Origin: Vitrella brassicaformis CCMP3155 | Lineage: Eukaryota > Protista > Chromerida | Direction of reading: 5' to 3' | Length of the DNA stretch: 64,000 nucleotides | NCBI GenBank assembly: GCA_001179505.1 | Contig: CDMY01000366.1 | Span: 186,001 to 250,000, forward strand | Shown: positions 35,287 through 47,404 of the stretch, piece by piece | How positions within the stretch are numbered: the stretch's first letter is position 1 | Layout: every line of letters starts with the position of its first letter | Translations under genes and position numbers: made by a program | Notes under the pieces: generated by a model | The model's database searches: none | What the model was told of the DNA's origin: nothing | What the model saw: only the letters and a program-made list of their open reading frames with translations

Positions 35287-38146
35287 ATGGACATAGTCGG
35301 CCTCCCACCCCCTCTGCGGACCCACGTGTTCCGCCATCTGGCCGGCGCTGAGCTGGTGCGTGGCGGCGTGTGCGAGGTGCACCCTGACGTGGCGCTGCTG
35401 CAGCTCGTGTGCCGTGAGTTCTTGGACCAGCTCAACGAGGAGGTGGAGGACTTGTTCTTCGACGAATCTGTCCCGGGGGCCGTCGACAAGGGGCGGCACC
35501 AGATTTTCAAGCAGCCATGGGCACCCACGTACCCCCGGCTGCGGCGATTCCACGGCTCCTTCGACACCCTGGACGCCTTCGAGGTGCTCATCGCATTCCC
35601 GCCCCCGCCACACATCCTCTCCGAACTCAGCCTCTCATTCGATCTGCCCCGCAAACCACTGGTGCAGCTCCTCACTCGCGCCACCGTCAAGAAACTCGAC
35701 GCCCGGCTGCGTGAGCCAAGCGCTGCCACGGCTGCTGCTGCTGCTGGTGCAGCCGGTGCTGCGGGTGCGGGTGGTGCGAGCGACGTGTCATCGCAGCAGC
35801 AGATCAGCCGGGCGGTGGTGAGTGGTCCCGGGGTGGGGCGGCCGGGGTATGCGGTGAGCGTATGGGGGCAGCCCGAGGGCGCGGAGCATCCCGGCAGTAC
35901 TGTCGTCCCGCCCGGCGCCATGCGGGCCATGCGGGACGGCTCGCCACCGCCCGCCGCTGCGGGGGCTCAGAGGGCATCTGTGGCTGGGCCGGGGACCGTC
36001 TCGCCGGTGAGCAAACGAAATGGGACCAACCAGACCAAAAGCATCATTTACCTTCACTGCGTGTGGTGCGCACGTCTGTCTGGGCTGTGTGTGCTGTGCA
36101 GTCCAGCAGCAGCCCCATGGCAAATCGTTCGTCATCGGTGAGCGATGCGGCGTCGGCACCAGCGCCCGGCCCTGCACCTGGCCCTAGCTCTGCTCCTGCC
36201 CCGGAACCGGTAGCAGCACCAGCACCAGCTCCGTCGAAGGGCAGCAGCAGCAACGGCAGCAAGAAGGGTGGCAAGAAGAAGGGCGGCAAGGAGGCGGACG
36301 AGGAGGTGGAGTTCCCCGTGTGCCAACTGGAGCTCGAGGACCTCAGATTAGCAGGTCAGCTAGTGGGGGGAGGGAGGGAGGGAGCTGCACGGTTTCATTC
36401 ATTCGTTGCGTTGCGGTGGGTATGTGATGTGATGTGATGTGTGGTCCGGTGGTCAGATTCGTTGGCTGACGAGACGTTGGGTTGGTTGCTGCGGAGCACG
36501 TCGGTGCTGCAGTCGATCCACCTGCAGACGGCGCAGGGGCTGCGGTCGCCCGAGCTGGCTCTCAAGAGCGAGAGCCTGACGACCATATCGCTCTACTCGG
36601 TCAACTTCCTCACCGACATGCAACTCAAGCAGGTCCGCACACAACCAATGCAATGAATGAGGCACACAGACAGACACACGGATATCGTGTGTGGGTCCAT
36701 CCATCCATCCATCCGTAGGTTGTGTTGTGTTGTGTGCTGTCCAGATCATGAAGGCGTGTCCTAATGTGACGTCGCTGGAGATCTCCAAGTGCAGGTCCAT
36801 CAACTTCAGGTGGGGAGGATGGCACCAACACACACGCGCGTACAACGGCGCCATTCGACTTACTTGTCTGGTGACATGTGTGTGTGTGGTCAGTTTCCTC
36901 GAGTCGAACCCGAAGCTGGTCCGTCTGGCGCTGCTCAACACGCGGCAGCTGACGGACCAGACACTCACAGAGTTCTTCAAACACAAACCATGTCCCGCAC
37001 TCAAACAGCTCGACCTGTCCGGTAGGTGCGGTACGCACATCACAGGCCAGGCCACACACACACATGAGGTGGAGTGGAGTGGATACGGAGGAGACTGTGT
37101 GTGTGTGTTTGGTGTGTGTCAGGTTGCAAGTCGTTGTTGAATCCTGTGATATCTAGCCGCAGTGTGGAAGATCTGCGGCTGCTGCACTGCCCACAGCTGC
37201 AGGACACGGCCGTGTCGGCCGCATTCAACCACTGCCCTAACCTCAGGTGGGGGAGGGACCACACAGACACACTCACACTCACGGCTGCGTACATCGTGAT
37301 GTGATGCCTCTCTGTCTCTCTGTCTCTCTCGCTGTGTGTATGTCAGGTCTGTGAATTTGCTGCAGTCGTCTGTAGAGGTGGCGCGATTCGCATCCACACA
37401 CCTGCACACACTGGTGGGCACATACATCGACTCTAAACCACGACGAAGCCAGCGAGCCGACAAAATCGACTGTGGTCTGTCTGTCTGTCTGTGTGTGTGT
37501 GTGTGTGTGGATGCAGGTGTTGGCGACGTGTCAGAAGTTGCGCGACGAGGCGGTGACAGACTTGTTCCGCCTCTGCCCCAACCTGCTAGCCCTGGACCTG
37601 GGACACTGCTGCCAACTACAGGTGCACTGAAAGACAGAGGCAGCCACCCATACCACCATGGAGGGTCTTCAAACGGTGCTGTGCTCTACTCACAACGACG
37701 TGTGTGCCTTGTCTGCTGTGGTGCGGTGTGTTGTGTTGTGCAGGAGCCCGTGATGAGCCACCCGAAGCTCGAGAAGATCTACCTCACCTTCTGTGTTAAC
37801 ATCCACGAAATGTACCTATCTATGCATATCACCTCAACCACCCACACGAGCACAGAGCCGGAGACGGCTTGTGTGTATTGTGGGTTGATTCCCTTGATCA
37901 GAGCTGTGGAGCGTTTGTTCACGTCTTGTCCCAACTTGAAGCACGTCGAGTTGGCCGTGTGCATGTTCGACATGTCCAGATTCGTCGGACTCAAGTATGT
38001 TTGTCGCCCTCCCCAACACACACACACACACACACGGTCGCCGATACTCTCTGTAATCAATCTGTGTGTCTGATGTGACGTGTGTGTGGTGCAGGGCTGA
38101 CTGTGAGGTGGTGACCAACTTCGACTTTAGCTGGAAGGGCAGCTGA
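35287..38146 (+). CDS. F-box-like / leucine-rich-repeat (FBXL-type) protein
   Basis: N-terminal LPPPLRTHVFRHL...LQLVCREF. Cys-containing LRRs: CPNVTSLEISKC, CPALKQLDLSG, CPQLQDTAV...CPNL, CPNLLALDLGHC, CPNLKHVEL. Stop TGA at 38144-38146. Confidence 0.85.
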
Positions 38147-38717
38147 ATGCCTTTACTGAGTGAGTATATTCGTTGTGGGCAGTGGGAGGGTATGTTGGCA
38201 GCGAGAACATCTTACCGCGGGCTGCTGTGGCTTGTCGTCCTCTTTCTTCTTCTCTGAGCACACTGACTCGTCACGGATGTAAGCGTGCTGAGAGAGGGGG
38301 TGGTGGAACGACGAGCGACAGCGGTTTGCGAGGGCTGAATGTCGCTTGTGATTCGTTGATGCGAACCGACCGGACCGGTGCAGTGGGGGACATACATGCC
38401 GCCATCCATCCATCCATCCATCCATGTATGCTTAAGTTGAATTGGTTTCCGTCTGCCACTTGACACAACCGTCCCGTTCCCCCCACACCGCACCATCCAC
38501 GCTGTAGATGAAGGCCCCTCTCTCTCTTAAACCACACGCACACCACACCACACCACACCACACTACACCATACCACACCACGCCACGCCATCAAGACGCC
38601 ACTCTCCCTCCCTCCCTCCCTCCCTCCACACACCAACTACAGCCCCTCCCTCTCTCCGTCCCTCTACCAGCTATGCTGTGCCAATCGGTGTGTCCGTCTG
38701 TGTGGTGCACTGACTAC

Positions 38718-39721
38718 CTACATGACGGCCAGCTGGAAGCTGCCGCCCTCGGTGTGTGGCTTGAGGATCGGCCAGGGGCCCGTGGGGGGCAGCATCTTCA
38801 TCATCTCCGTGTGCACCACAGACACAAATGCGTCCAGCTCGTCCTTGTCGCTCTTCAGCTGCTTCCGGTAGGCAGCGATGGCGGCCATGGGCACGTCCAG
38901 GCACTTGCATGCCGCATCCAGCAGTTTCTTCAAATCGTACGGCTTGATGCTCATCTCCTTGTCGGCCTGGTCCTTCTTGGCCGCTTCCAGCTGCTGGTGC
39001 TGGTCGACCAGCTTGGGCAGCAGCAGCTGCGCCACCTTCCTGCCCACACGGTCCACCATCTCGTCCTTCCGCTGCATCACGGCCTCCTTGGTCGGCTGGA
39101 TGGCCTCCTCTGTGACGTCCTCTATGCCGAAAAGCCGCAGCTCACGGACCACCTTGCGGACGTCCACCGAGCCGTCGGTGAGAATGGGCGTGCCGTGGCG
39201 ATGGTACTCGAGCACCAGGGGGAAGAGGTGCGGGTCGGCGTCGATGAAGACGGGCCGGTCCGCGCGAATGAGCTGGTACTCCGCTGTGCCCTCGTTGGTC
39301 ACGAACTGGCCCAGCCTCGTGTGAGGACGGCGGGCGAGCGTCGCGTTGGCCACCTGGAATTCGGTGCCGGCGACGTTCAGCCGGACGATTGACCCAACCT
39401 CTGTATATCAACCACACAAAAGGCGATATCATGTATGATTTGTCCACACAACCTCACTCCACGCGTGGATCTATGCTGACCTCCCTTGATCTTGCCCATT
39501 TGGTCGTCTTTTTGGCTCTCGAATGAAGATCCTGCACACATACCACGAGCATGGCCCTCATCTGCCCGTTTCATGGTCTTATCTGCCCTCCCGCCCCTCT
39601 GCTACGCACCAGCCATCGGATTGACGCATTTGTCGCCATCGCTATCACATTTTGCCTGTGACGTGTCGGCGAGGACCGTCGGGACGAGCACCAACAGGAC
39701 GGGAAGCGAAACCAACATCAT
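38718..39721 (-). CDS. BTB/POZ (KCTD/T1-type) domain protein, possibly with an N-terminal signal peptide
   Basis: IVRLNVAGTEFQVANATL...VFIDADPHLFPLVLEYHRHG...RELRLFGI is a clear BTB. Two small upstream exons join in phase (NPMA-G-SSFESQK and KG-E-VGSIVRLN). The first exon reads MMLVSLPVLLVLVPTVLA. The 5' model is less certain than the domain. Confidence 0.75.
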
Positions 39722-40853
39722 CTCCTCAGGTTTCACACGTTTACTTCGCGATCTGCGAGCTTTTTGGCCAAGATTTACTCGGCGCCTCCTCTCCCCCCTT
39801 TCCCGCCCGATATCGATGCCATTCGGGCAGCATCAACGACAGTCCACAAGATCACTTGGGACCCCCCGGTGAGATGGACGGTCCTGCCGCATCGGGTGCC
39901 GCCAGCCTGCCCCATCCTGCCCTCATCATCTTTCATCTTAACTGATGAGATCTCACCATTGTCATCCTCCCGCCCCTTCGCAGCCATCGCAGAGTCTGAC
40001 GCAAAGGCATCCACACAGACACTATCGCCGTCGTTCGTTCCGGTCTGCCCCGCTCAATTGTCTGTGTCAGTCGTTTGCCACTGACGAGCATCAACAGTCG
40101 CAGGTGTTGATGCTCTCAAGTAACACACAACTGACCGACAACTGGGGAGGACAGCACAGCCAGGTTCACCTCACCTCACCTCACTTCACCTCACTGTCTG
40201 TCTGTCTGGTGTGCACGCAACGGCGCACAGCAATATATGGGATACCTATATGGCCAGCCCACACACAACACAAAAAAGACAAAACCCGACAATCAAGATG
40301 GGCCCCATCCATCCATTCGTTCCATCCATCCACCCACCCAGCCATGCAATGCGTTGGTGTGCATCCATCGGCTGGCAAAAAAGACCAAACCACACTCACA
40401 TATGGCATGGATGGGTGGTGGGAACACCCAGTGGTCAAAAACGGTGATGTATATTATATGTACACAACATCCACACACGCCAAATGCACTCACTGCCACG
40501 TGTTGTCGTGTGTTGCTGTTCGGGGGCACGTGCACAGCGGCCGACACCATAGACGTCACGAAACGCCACACACAGCAGCGGGTGCTTCGAAGCGTCACCG
40601 GCGGGCCTTTTACAAGACGCCACCCCAACACGCAATCACGGTCACAATCGCGGACTTTCTCACCGAGACACACATAAACAGCCATACACAAACGTGGTCC
40701 ATTGTCTCTGAGACCCACCCTCACAAATGCAGTCATTGTTTGGCGGGGCGGGGGGGACACACACACACACACACACACACATTCACCCACACGCGTGCAC
40801 AAGAGAGCACGTGTCACTGTTGCCATCGTTGCAACACGTGACGGGTCGATCAC

Positions 40854-42695
40854 TCAGCCAGTTAGCATCCCCCGCGTCGCGGCACCAAATCTATCGCTCT
40901 TGAGACAGTTCCATCCCCTCCGACGGGCCTGCGCCCGGGTGCCCTGCACACACACACACACACAGGGGTTACTTACATCCGTCGGGCTGCATGGCCGGCG
41001 TGTGTGTCTGTCTTGTCTGTCTGTCCCCACCATCCAGTCGATGTAGCATCCCTCGAGGTATCTGTGGCCGCTGAAGTCCGTGCGGGCATGCAGCACTCGG
41101 TAGTTGTCCATTATCACCACCTCACCTAAACACACAACCACAACACAACACAACACAAGCCAGCCCAACACACACGCATGCACGGACCAACACACGGACA
41201 CGTGTGGAATACTTGGGTACCTTCTTGCAAGGGCATGACCACCTGGTTGGCGGGGTCGTTGACGATCTCTCGGAAGAGCCCCAGCGCCTCATACATGGCC
41301 GACAGCTCACTCGCCGGCCGACGCCAGCCCAACGAGAAACGTGAAAAGTCGGCAAAACACACCTGCAGACAGACAGACACACACAGACACAGTCGAATGG
41401 AATGCCCTGATGCGGAAGGAGTGGCTGCCGGCGCACCGCACCTGTGTGACGTCGCCTTGTTCGTTAAGGCGGAAGACCGGGTGCTCAGCGAGGCAGTCCC
41501 AGTCGTCGATGCACACGCGGTAGGGCACAGGCACGCGACACAACAACCTGACAGACAGACAGCCACGACACTCCAGATGCACCTATGCACCTTTCCCCTG
41601 CCCTCTATTCACTCACTGACTCAAATGCGTCAGGATGCTCGCGCCGGAGCTTCTCCGCAGCGAAGAGGCCGTCAGAGAAGACCGAGTGGCCGCCTCTCTC
41701 TGCCGGCGTGACGCAGTGCAGCATGATCAGCCCCGGAGGGGTCTCGAAGTAGCACGTGTCGGTGTGCGGCTTGATGGCATCGCTGGAACCGTACGCCACA
41801 TTGTTGCCCTTCCTGCGTATAGGGCCACCACAAGGAGAGAAGAGAAGTCATGCCGCCTAGAGCTCTCGGTTCTCTCTCTCTCTCACCCACGCACCCACCC
41901 ACCGTGTGTTTTGTATGTCGAAGATCGACCCCCACGGCGACTGAATGACATACCCCGAAAGGTCTGTCGAGAGGCTCGCCACCACACCCTTGGCCGTCCC
42001 GGCTGCACGCAGCTTCGCCAGCCCATGCCTCTCCAGCTCACAATACACGGCGAACAACCCCATGTCATACGCGGCCGTATCGCTGTCACGCGCCGCCATC
42101 AGTGAGGGGTAGTCGTGCCACTGGAGGGCGTCGATTGGGCCGCTCCACGGCGCCTTGGTGATGTGCAGGCCGGCCCGTGGGTCCCACGACGTTGCTGACG
42201 TGGGGAGGGGCTGCTTGTGGGTGTGGGCAGAGGGTGAGAGGGGGTGGAGGAAGGGCACCTGGCCGATGTGGCCGTCTGAGAAGTGCACGTCCAGCCACCC
42301 GCTATGCTCCTTCGAGTGGTTCAGCGACGTCACACTCACATCTGCACACACACACACACCCCACCCATCACAGACCAACCAAGAACCCGCATGGCCTTCA
42401 TCCTCCTTTGCCCGTGTGTACCAGAGAAGCGCAGAGGCCGTCGCTGATCTGCTGTCTTGATATAGCATTGCGGGCACCGGCAGTTCTCCCTAAGCTGCTC
42501 ATGTGTGAAGGTGCTGACCGTCGGCCCCATGGAGGGGTGGCTGGGAAGAGTCAGATGGACGCCCAACTTGTCGATGTGGTACTGCAGGGGCGAGGAGGGA
42601 GATGCCGATGTCGCCTCGCCGCGGGAGTGGGGATGCTTGAATGCTGCACACGCCGATCGGAGAGTGCTGTACAGCGAAGACGCGAGGCGACGCAT
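40854..42695 (-). CDS. Gamma-butyrobetaine / trimethyllysine dioxygenase family (2OG-Fe(II), TauD-like)
   Basis: LRENCRCPQC zinc motif, DVHFSDGH, NVAYG...IKPHTDTCYFETPPGLIMLHC (HxD), SDGLFAAEKLR and MDNYRVLHAR...RYLEGCYID (distal His, 2OG-binding Arg). The last exon is uncertain. Confidence 0.88.
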
Positions 42696-42893
42696 GCCAA
42701 TGCTTGTTGCAAATGGCAGATCTGACCCCCTGATATGCAGATCACTCCTCCCTCTTCCTCCTTCTCCTCTCCCGCTGTTGCGAGCTGAAAATGGCGAGCC
42801 TGAAGGTTGGCGCAATTTGAAGATCTGGTGGGAGGGATGGGCGGTTGAAGAAATGAAGGAGTCCAGGTACACGCTGCAGCCCGCAGCGACGAG

Positions 42894-42961
42894 AGAGGAT
42901 CAGAGATGCTCAGCGATCCGATGTGCTAGAGGATCAGAGATGCTCAGCGATCCGATGTGCT
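42894..42961 (+). repeat. Perfect tandem duplication, 2 x 34 bp
   Basis: agaggatcagagatgctcagcgatccgatgtgct at 42894-42927 and again at 42928-42961. Confidence 0.97.
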
Positions 42962-42994
42962 TGTGTGTCGACAGGAGCTCATTGAATTGACTGG

Positions 42995-43456
42995 ATGATG
43001 CTGATAAGACCAGAGCAGCCCAGTGACTTCACCGCCATTCGTGCAGTCGTGGCCACTGCGTTCGCCGCCTCCCAATACGGCTACAGCGGCGAGAGTGAGT
43101 CGCTTTGGTGGCCTCGGCCACGTCCTGTTCTCTTGCTTGCAGCAGCCCCTCCAGTGTGTGACACTGGCTCCCGTGGCCGTGCTGCCGGCCCATCTAGGCA
43201 CTGGCGTCGGCTCTGCTCTGATCAAGCAAGGCCTGGCCGAGCTGGAACAAGACGGCCACTGCCTGGTGGCCTTTGTGGTCGGGGCGCCTAAGTACTATCA
43301 GAGGTTCGGCTTCTCTGTGGATGCAGCCGCCCGATTCGAGACCGAGTACCAAAGGAGGTCTTCATGGCCCGGGAGCTGTCCCCAGGAGGACTTGACCGCT
43401 GCACCAGCTCGAGTGTGGTCTTTGCAAAAGCGTTCGCCTGCATTGCTGAGAGCTAG
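42995..43456 (+). pseudogene. Bacterial YhbS-type GNAT N-acetyltransferase split over frames by two frameshifts
   Basis: Frame A gives MLIRPEQPSDFTAIRAVVATAF. Frame B gives GHVLFS...LAPVAVLPAHLGTGVGSALIKQGL...VVGAPKYYQRFGF. Frame A resumes at 43355 with EVFMARELSPGGLD...FAKAF, stop TAG at 43454-43456. No introns evident. Confidence 0.8.
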
Positions 43457-43762
43457 ACGACCGATCGATGCAGCGGGACATCTGAGCTTGTGCATCAACT
43501 CAACGCCACTTTATGTATGTGTCGCAAATTGGTGTGTGTGTCTGCGTGAGAGGTCAACACACACAGAAATCGTCCGGAATGAGTCTGTGCCACACAGACA
43601 GCCAGCAAGACATCCCCAATGCCCACATACGCCATTCTGTCATCGGCCTGTCTGGCCGCCGACCGCTTAAAAGGCAAAGCGGTGGCCCCGTGTGTATCTG
43701 ACGAACTGACAAACTGACTCCGCCGCAGTTTGTATGCCCCTCTTAATATTTACACACACCCC

Positions 43763-43797
<35 letters not shown>

Positions 43798-44097
43798 GTG
43801 GCGAGAGTGGGCACATGTCGCCCATGGTATCACAGAGGGGCAACCACAATACGCACAGCCGGCCAGCGGAGACGGGAGCACAACGGACAAACAAAACGAA
43901 GAACTACCAGACAGACAGACAGACAGACAGAGAGTGGGTGAGTGAGTGAGTGAGAGGGGCGGCACTTTCCCCCTTCTCCAATCAGAACCGAAGCACACAG
44001 TCAGCCAGGCGACGAGCGAGGAGTCCCCGGCCGCACACACGAGTGTATGACACACACAGCCGCCCCCACCTGTGTGTGTGTGTGTGTGCACTCTCTC

Positions 44098-44690
44098 CTA
44101 CACTATGATGCTGATCAACCGCAGCTGATTGTAGGTGCCGTAACTGTCGTATGGCAGTATGATTTGCCTCACTTCCCCTTCCCGCATCGACAGCCACGCC
44201 TCACGCAGCCACCCACTCCGATCAGACACACGCCATTCCTCCCCACGCTCAGCGTAGGCTTTGTCCTGGCCCTCGAATCCATCACGCCACGTACTCTGGT
44301 CGTGCTTGATTCTGTCGTTGAGTGTGGGCACCCTGCCGGTCCCCTCCTGCACCACCTTGTGATACGCGCCGCTGGGATACAGCATGAAGCCCTCATGGCC
44401 GTTGCCCTCACTGGTGCTGCCGTTGGCCGTCTGAGGCTGCAATGTGGCGCCATGGCTGACACGTCCATACCGACACAGACAGATAGAGATGCATGAGAAG
44501 GCGGCGATGCATCCATCCATCCATCCAACATGGCGCTCTCTCACCTGAGGACGTCAGCGAACATGATGATTTTGTCGTTGGCGGAGGGCGGCAGCGGGCG
44601 CATCTCGCCCTCGACCTTCACAGCGTAGCCGCCGTGGCCATCAGCATAGACGTCACGGCCGTCGAGCAGGCCAACAGCACGGTCACCCAT
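44098..44690 (-). CDS. Small protein with a degenerate FKBP-type PPIase-like C-terminal domain (2 coding exons)
   Basis: MGDRAVGLLDGRDVY... spliced in phase (DVL-S-HGATLQ) to GAYHKVVQEGTGRVPTLNDRIKHDQSTW...WLREAWLSMREGEVRQIILP...QLRLISI, an FKBP-like pattern. Confidence 0.65.
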
Positions 44691-44984
44691 GCTCACAATG
44701 GGCCACTGCACACACAGATGACGTGACAGACAGATCTGACGCAATGGACGCATCATTCTCCGCTGCCTCCTTGCCTACCTGAATGTGTATGTCTGGTGCG
44801 TGATGAGCGATATGTGATGTGCTACGATGTGCCGGATGGCTCGAATGAGGCAAGGCCTGCAACACATCAAAACATCACAGACAGATCTGATGCCAGATGC
44901 ATCGCATGCTCACGTACCTGAGAGTGATAGCGTCTGATCTCTCTCTGCGCCGCCGGCTCTAGTCAGTCGTCAGTGGTTGCCACC

Positions 44985-46918
44985 ATGGCTGATCGCAACG
45001 AAAGTTGCGAGCCCCAGCCTTCATCACTGCTGCCAGCACTGCAGAGAATGGGCAATGCCGGCGAAAGCTGGGATGAGAGCATCTTGAGCCAGTGGCACCA
45101 GGCCAAGGAGGAGCCTGTGGGTGTCAACGACAAAGGCGAACCGACTTACCTCTTCCGCAGCACCGTAGAGGACAACAGAGTGCGACGAGTCGATGGCAAG
45201 CTGGGCCTCATTGCGACGGTCAACGTCAAGCGCACAAGGCAAGTGACGACAAGATGCAGAGAGGATGCCTGTGTTGCAGCAATAGATCTGCTCTCTGGCT
45301 GTGCTGTGTGTGTGTTGGTGTGCCTTGGTATGTCTGTCGGCAGGGAGAAGCGCAAGACGAAGCTGTATGAGGCGAAGCCCTTGCACAAGGGGTCTCCGCC
45401 GTCCACAGCGGCGTCCGCCCCCTCCCTGCTGCGTCCATTTGATCCCAACGACTTCAACTTCAACAAGGCCAACCCAAAAGAAACGGTATGGGCGATCGAT
45501 GCCCTGGGCAGGGCAGTGAGGCTGTGTGGATGGGATGTCTGACTGTCCCGATTGTATGTGTGTGTGGACGTCGCCAGATTGGCGAGCTGTGTGTCGATGG
45601 CGAGAAGCATCCGGTGCTCCTCAACGTCAGGTGAGCAGCAGACAGGCACACACAACACAACATATCCTTTCTTCTCGCACACACGTATCTCGTTTCGTTG
45701 TCTGTCGATACGATACAGTCCCATCTTCGAGGGTCACATCCTGGTGGTGCCGTGGTCACAGAAGTGCCTTCCCCAGTACCTCACGAGAGAGGCCCTGACC
45801 GTCGCTCTCGAGTTCTCGATGGCCTCCTCGCGCGATGACTTCAAAGTCATGTTCAACTCATCGGGTGCATGGGCATCGGTGAGCATGAGCATGACAGGAC
45901 CAGGCGGCACAGCACACTTACACATACCATCTTTTCACCGCTCTTGTGTCTGATGTGTGTGTTGCAGGTGAACCATCTCCACTTTCACGGCATGTACGTG
46001 TCGGGCGTCTGCCCGTCGGGCCTCCCGATAGAGACCGCCCCCACCGCCTCCCTCATAGCGACCCTCCCCCTCTCCCTACCCCCTGCCCCATCAGTGACCG
46101 TCAGTGCGTCGGTGCTGCAGTATCCCTCCAGCCCGATTGTCTTCACCGTCGACGGCGAGGCCGTCAGTCGCGATGTGAGGGACGGCTTAGTGGATGTGGT
46201 ATGGGGGTTGGTGGAGCTGCTGGTGGCCGAGGACTGTCCATTCAACCTGACGATGTCGCTGAGGCGCGATGGGCGGGGACGCATTTATTTCATACCCAGG
46301 AGGCCACAGGTGGGTGTTTGTGCTGGAGGGAGGCTGCGCCACATGGACGAATGATGTGTGGTGTGTGTTTTGTGTTCAGGTGATCTCCACCGTGCCGCCA
46401 TTCCGGTCGCCGGACGGAGATGACGACCCTGATGGTGACCAACAGACAGCCAGCCATGCACTTGGTCCATGGCTGGCTGGCTGTCTGCACGTGTGTGTTC
46501 AGGTCCTGGGATCCTCCGCATGGCTGTCTGTGAGTGCTCCGGAGTGCCGTAAGCAGCTCCCCCCACAGCCACCCCACTTGGACACGTACCGTGTGTACCT
46601 GTGTCCCTCTCTGTTCGTTCGTGTGTCTGTCTCTTCCTCCAGAATCCTGTACAGTGAAGAGGCCTTCGAGCAGCTTACAGAAGCGCACTTCAGACAAGTA
46701 CTTGAGGACCTTCCACACAACGATGCGCACCGCACCGCACCGCACCGCATTCACTCACTTACCCACCCATATGTACTTCTGTCGTTGTCTGTCTCTACGG
46801 TACCTACCGTCTGCAGATGGCGGAAGAAGACATCTCGATTGAGGCGGCACTGCGCGAGAAGCTCTGCGAGGGGCTGGTGCGATTGATGGGCACCAGGGGC
46901 GCTGACAAGGGGGGATAG
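44985..46918 (+). CDS. GDPGP1: GDP-D-glucose phosphorylase / VTC2-family HIT-like nucleotidyltransferase
   Basis: RPFDPNDFNFNK, VLLNVSPIFEGHILVVP, FKVMFNSSGAWASVNHLHFH (HIT-like motif at 45974-45988) and PFNL...YFIPRRPQ. Stop TAG at 46916-46918. Confidence 0.88.
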
Positions 46919-47404
46919 AATAGACCGGCCTATATCGACCGTGCTGCGTGCTGGCTTCTACACATGCACCACCCTCGGATCTTCCTTCAGTGAGCTCTCT
47001 CATTGAAGGAAGAACCGGAGGTGGTGCAGAGGGAGTGGCCAGCATGCAACGGCGAGGAGGGAGACGAGCTGTGTATAGGGGTTGTGTCTCTGGTTGTGTC
47101 GCTGGAACCTAACGCACCGCACGTGTGCATCCGCTCCACGTGAAATGCGTAAGTAATGAAAGCTGACACGTGCCAGGTAGATCGACATGTAGGTGTGTGA
47201 TACGATAGATTGTCCAAACGCACATACATACACACCGACACACGGAAGGGTACCAACGCAGAGAGAGCAAAGTGGACAACACACACTGTATGTCTTGTCC
47301 TCCTCGGGACAACGAATGCACATCGCCGAAGTGCTCACACGACAACCAATCCCCACCATCCCATACATGTCTCTCACAGCGGAAAAGTGCAATGCCCCCT
47401 TTGT

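Noticed and set aside
39775-40014. Acidic 79-aa minus-strand ORF upstream of the BTB gene
   Set aside because: No domain recognised, and I could not splice it in phase to the BTB exons. Left uncalled.
43095-43146. A short intron that might repair the first GNAT frameshift
   Set aside because: The GTGAGT donor is phase 1, the nearest CAG acceptors give the wrong frame, and splicing would delete the conserved GHVLFS strand.
40854-46918. Dioxygenase + GNAT + FKBP-like + HIT enzyme as a metabolic gene cluster
   Set aside because: No coherent pathway links these activities, the orientations are mixed and the GNAT is broken. Adjacency is explained by gene density.
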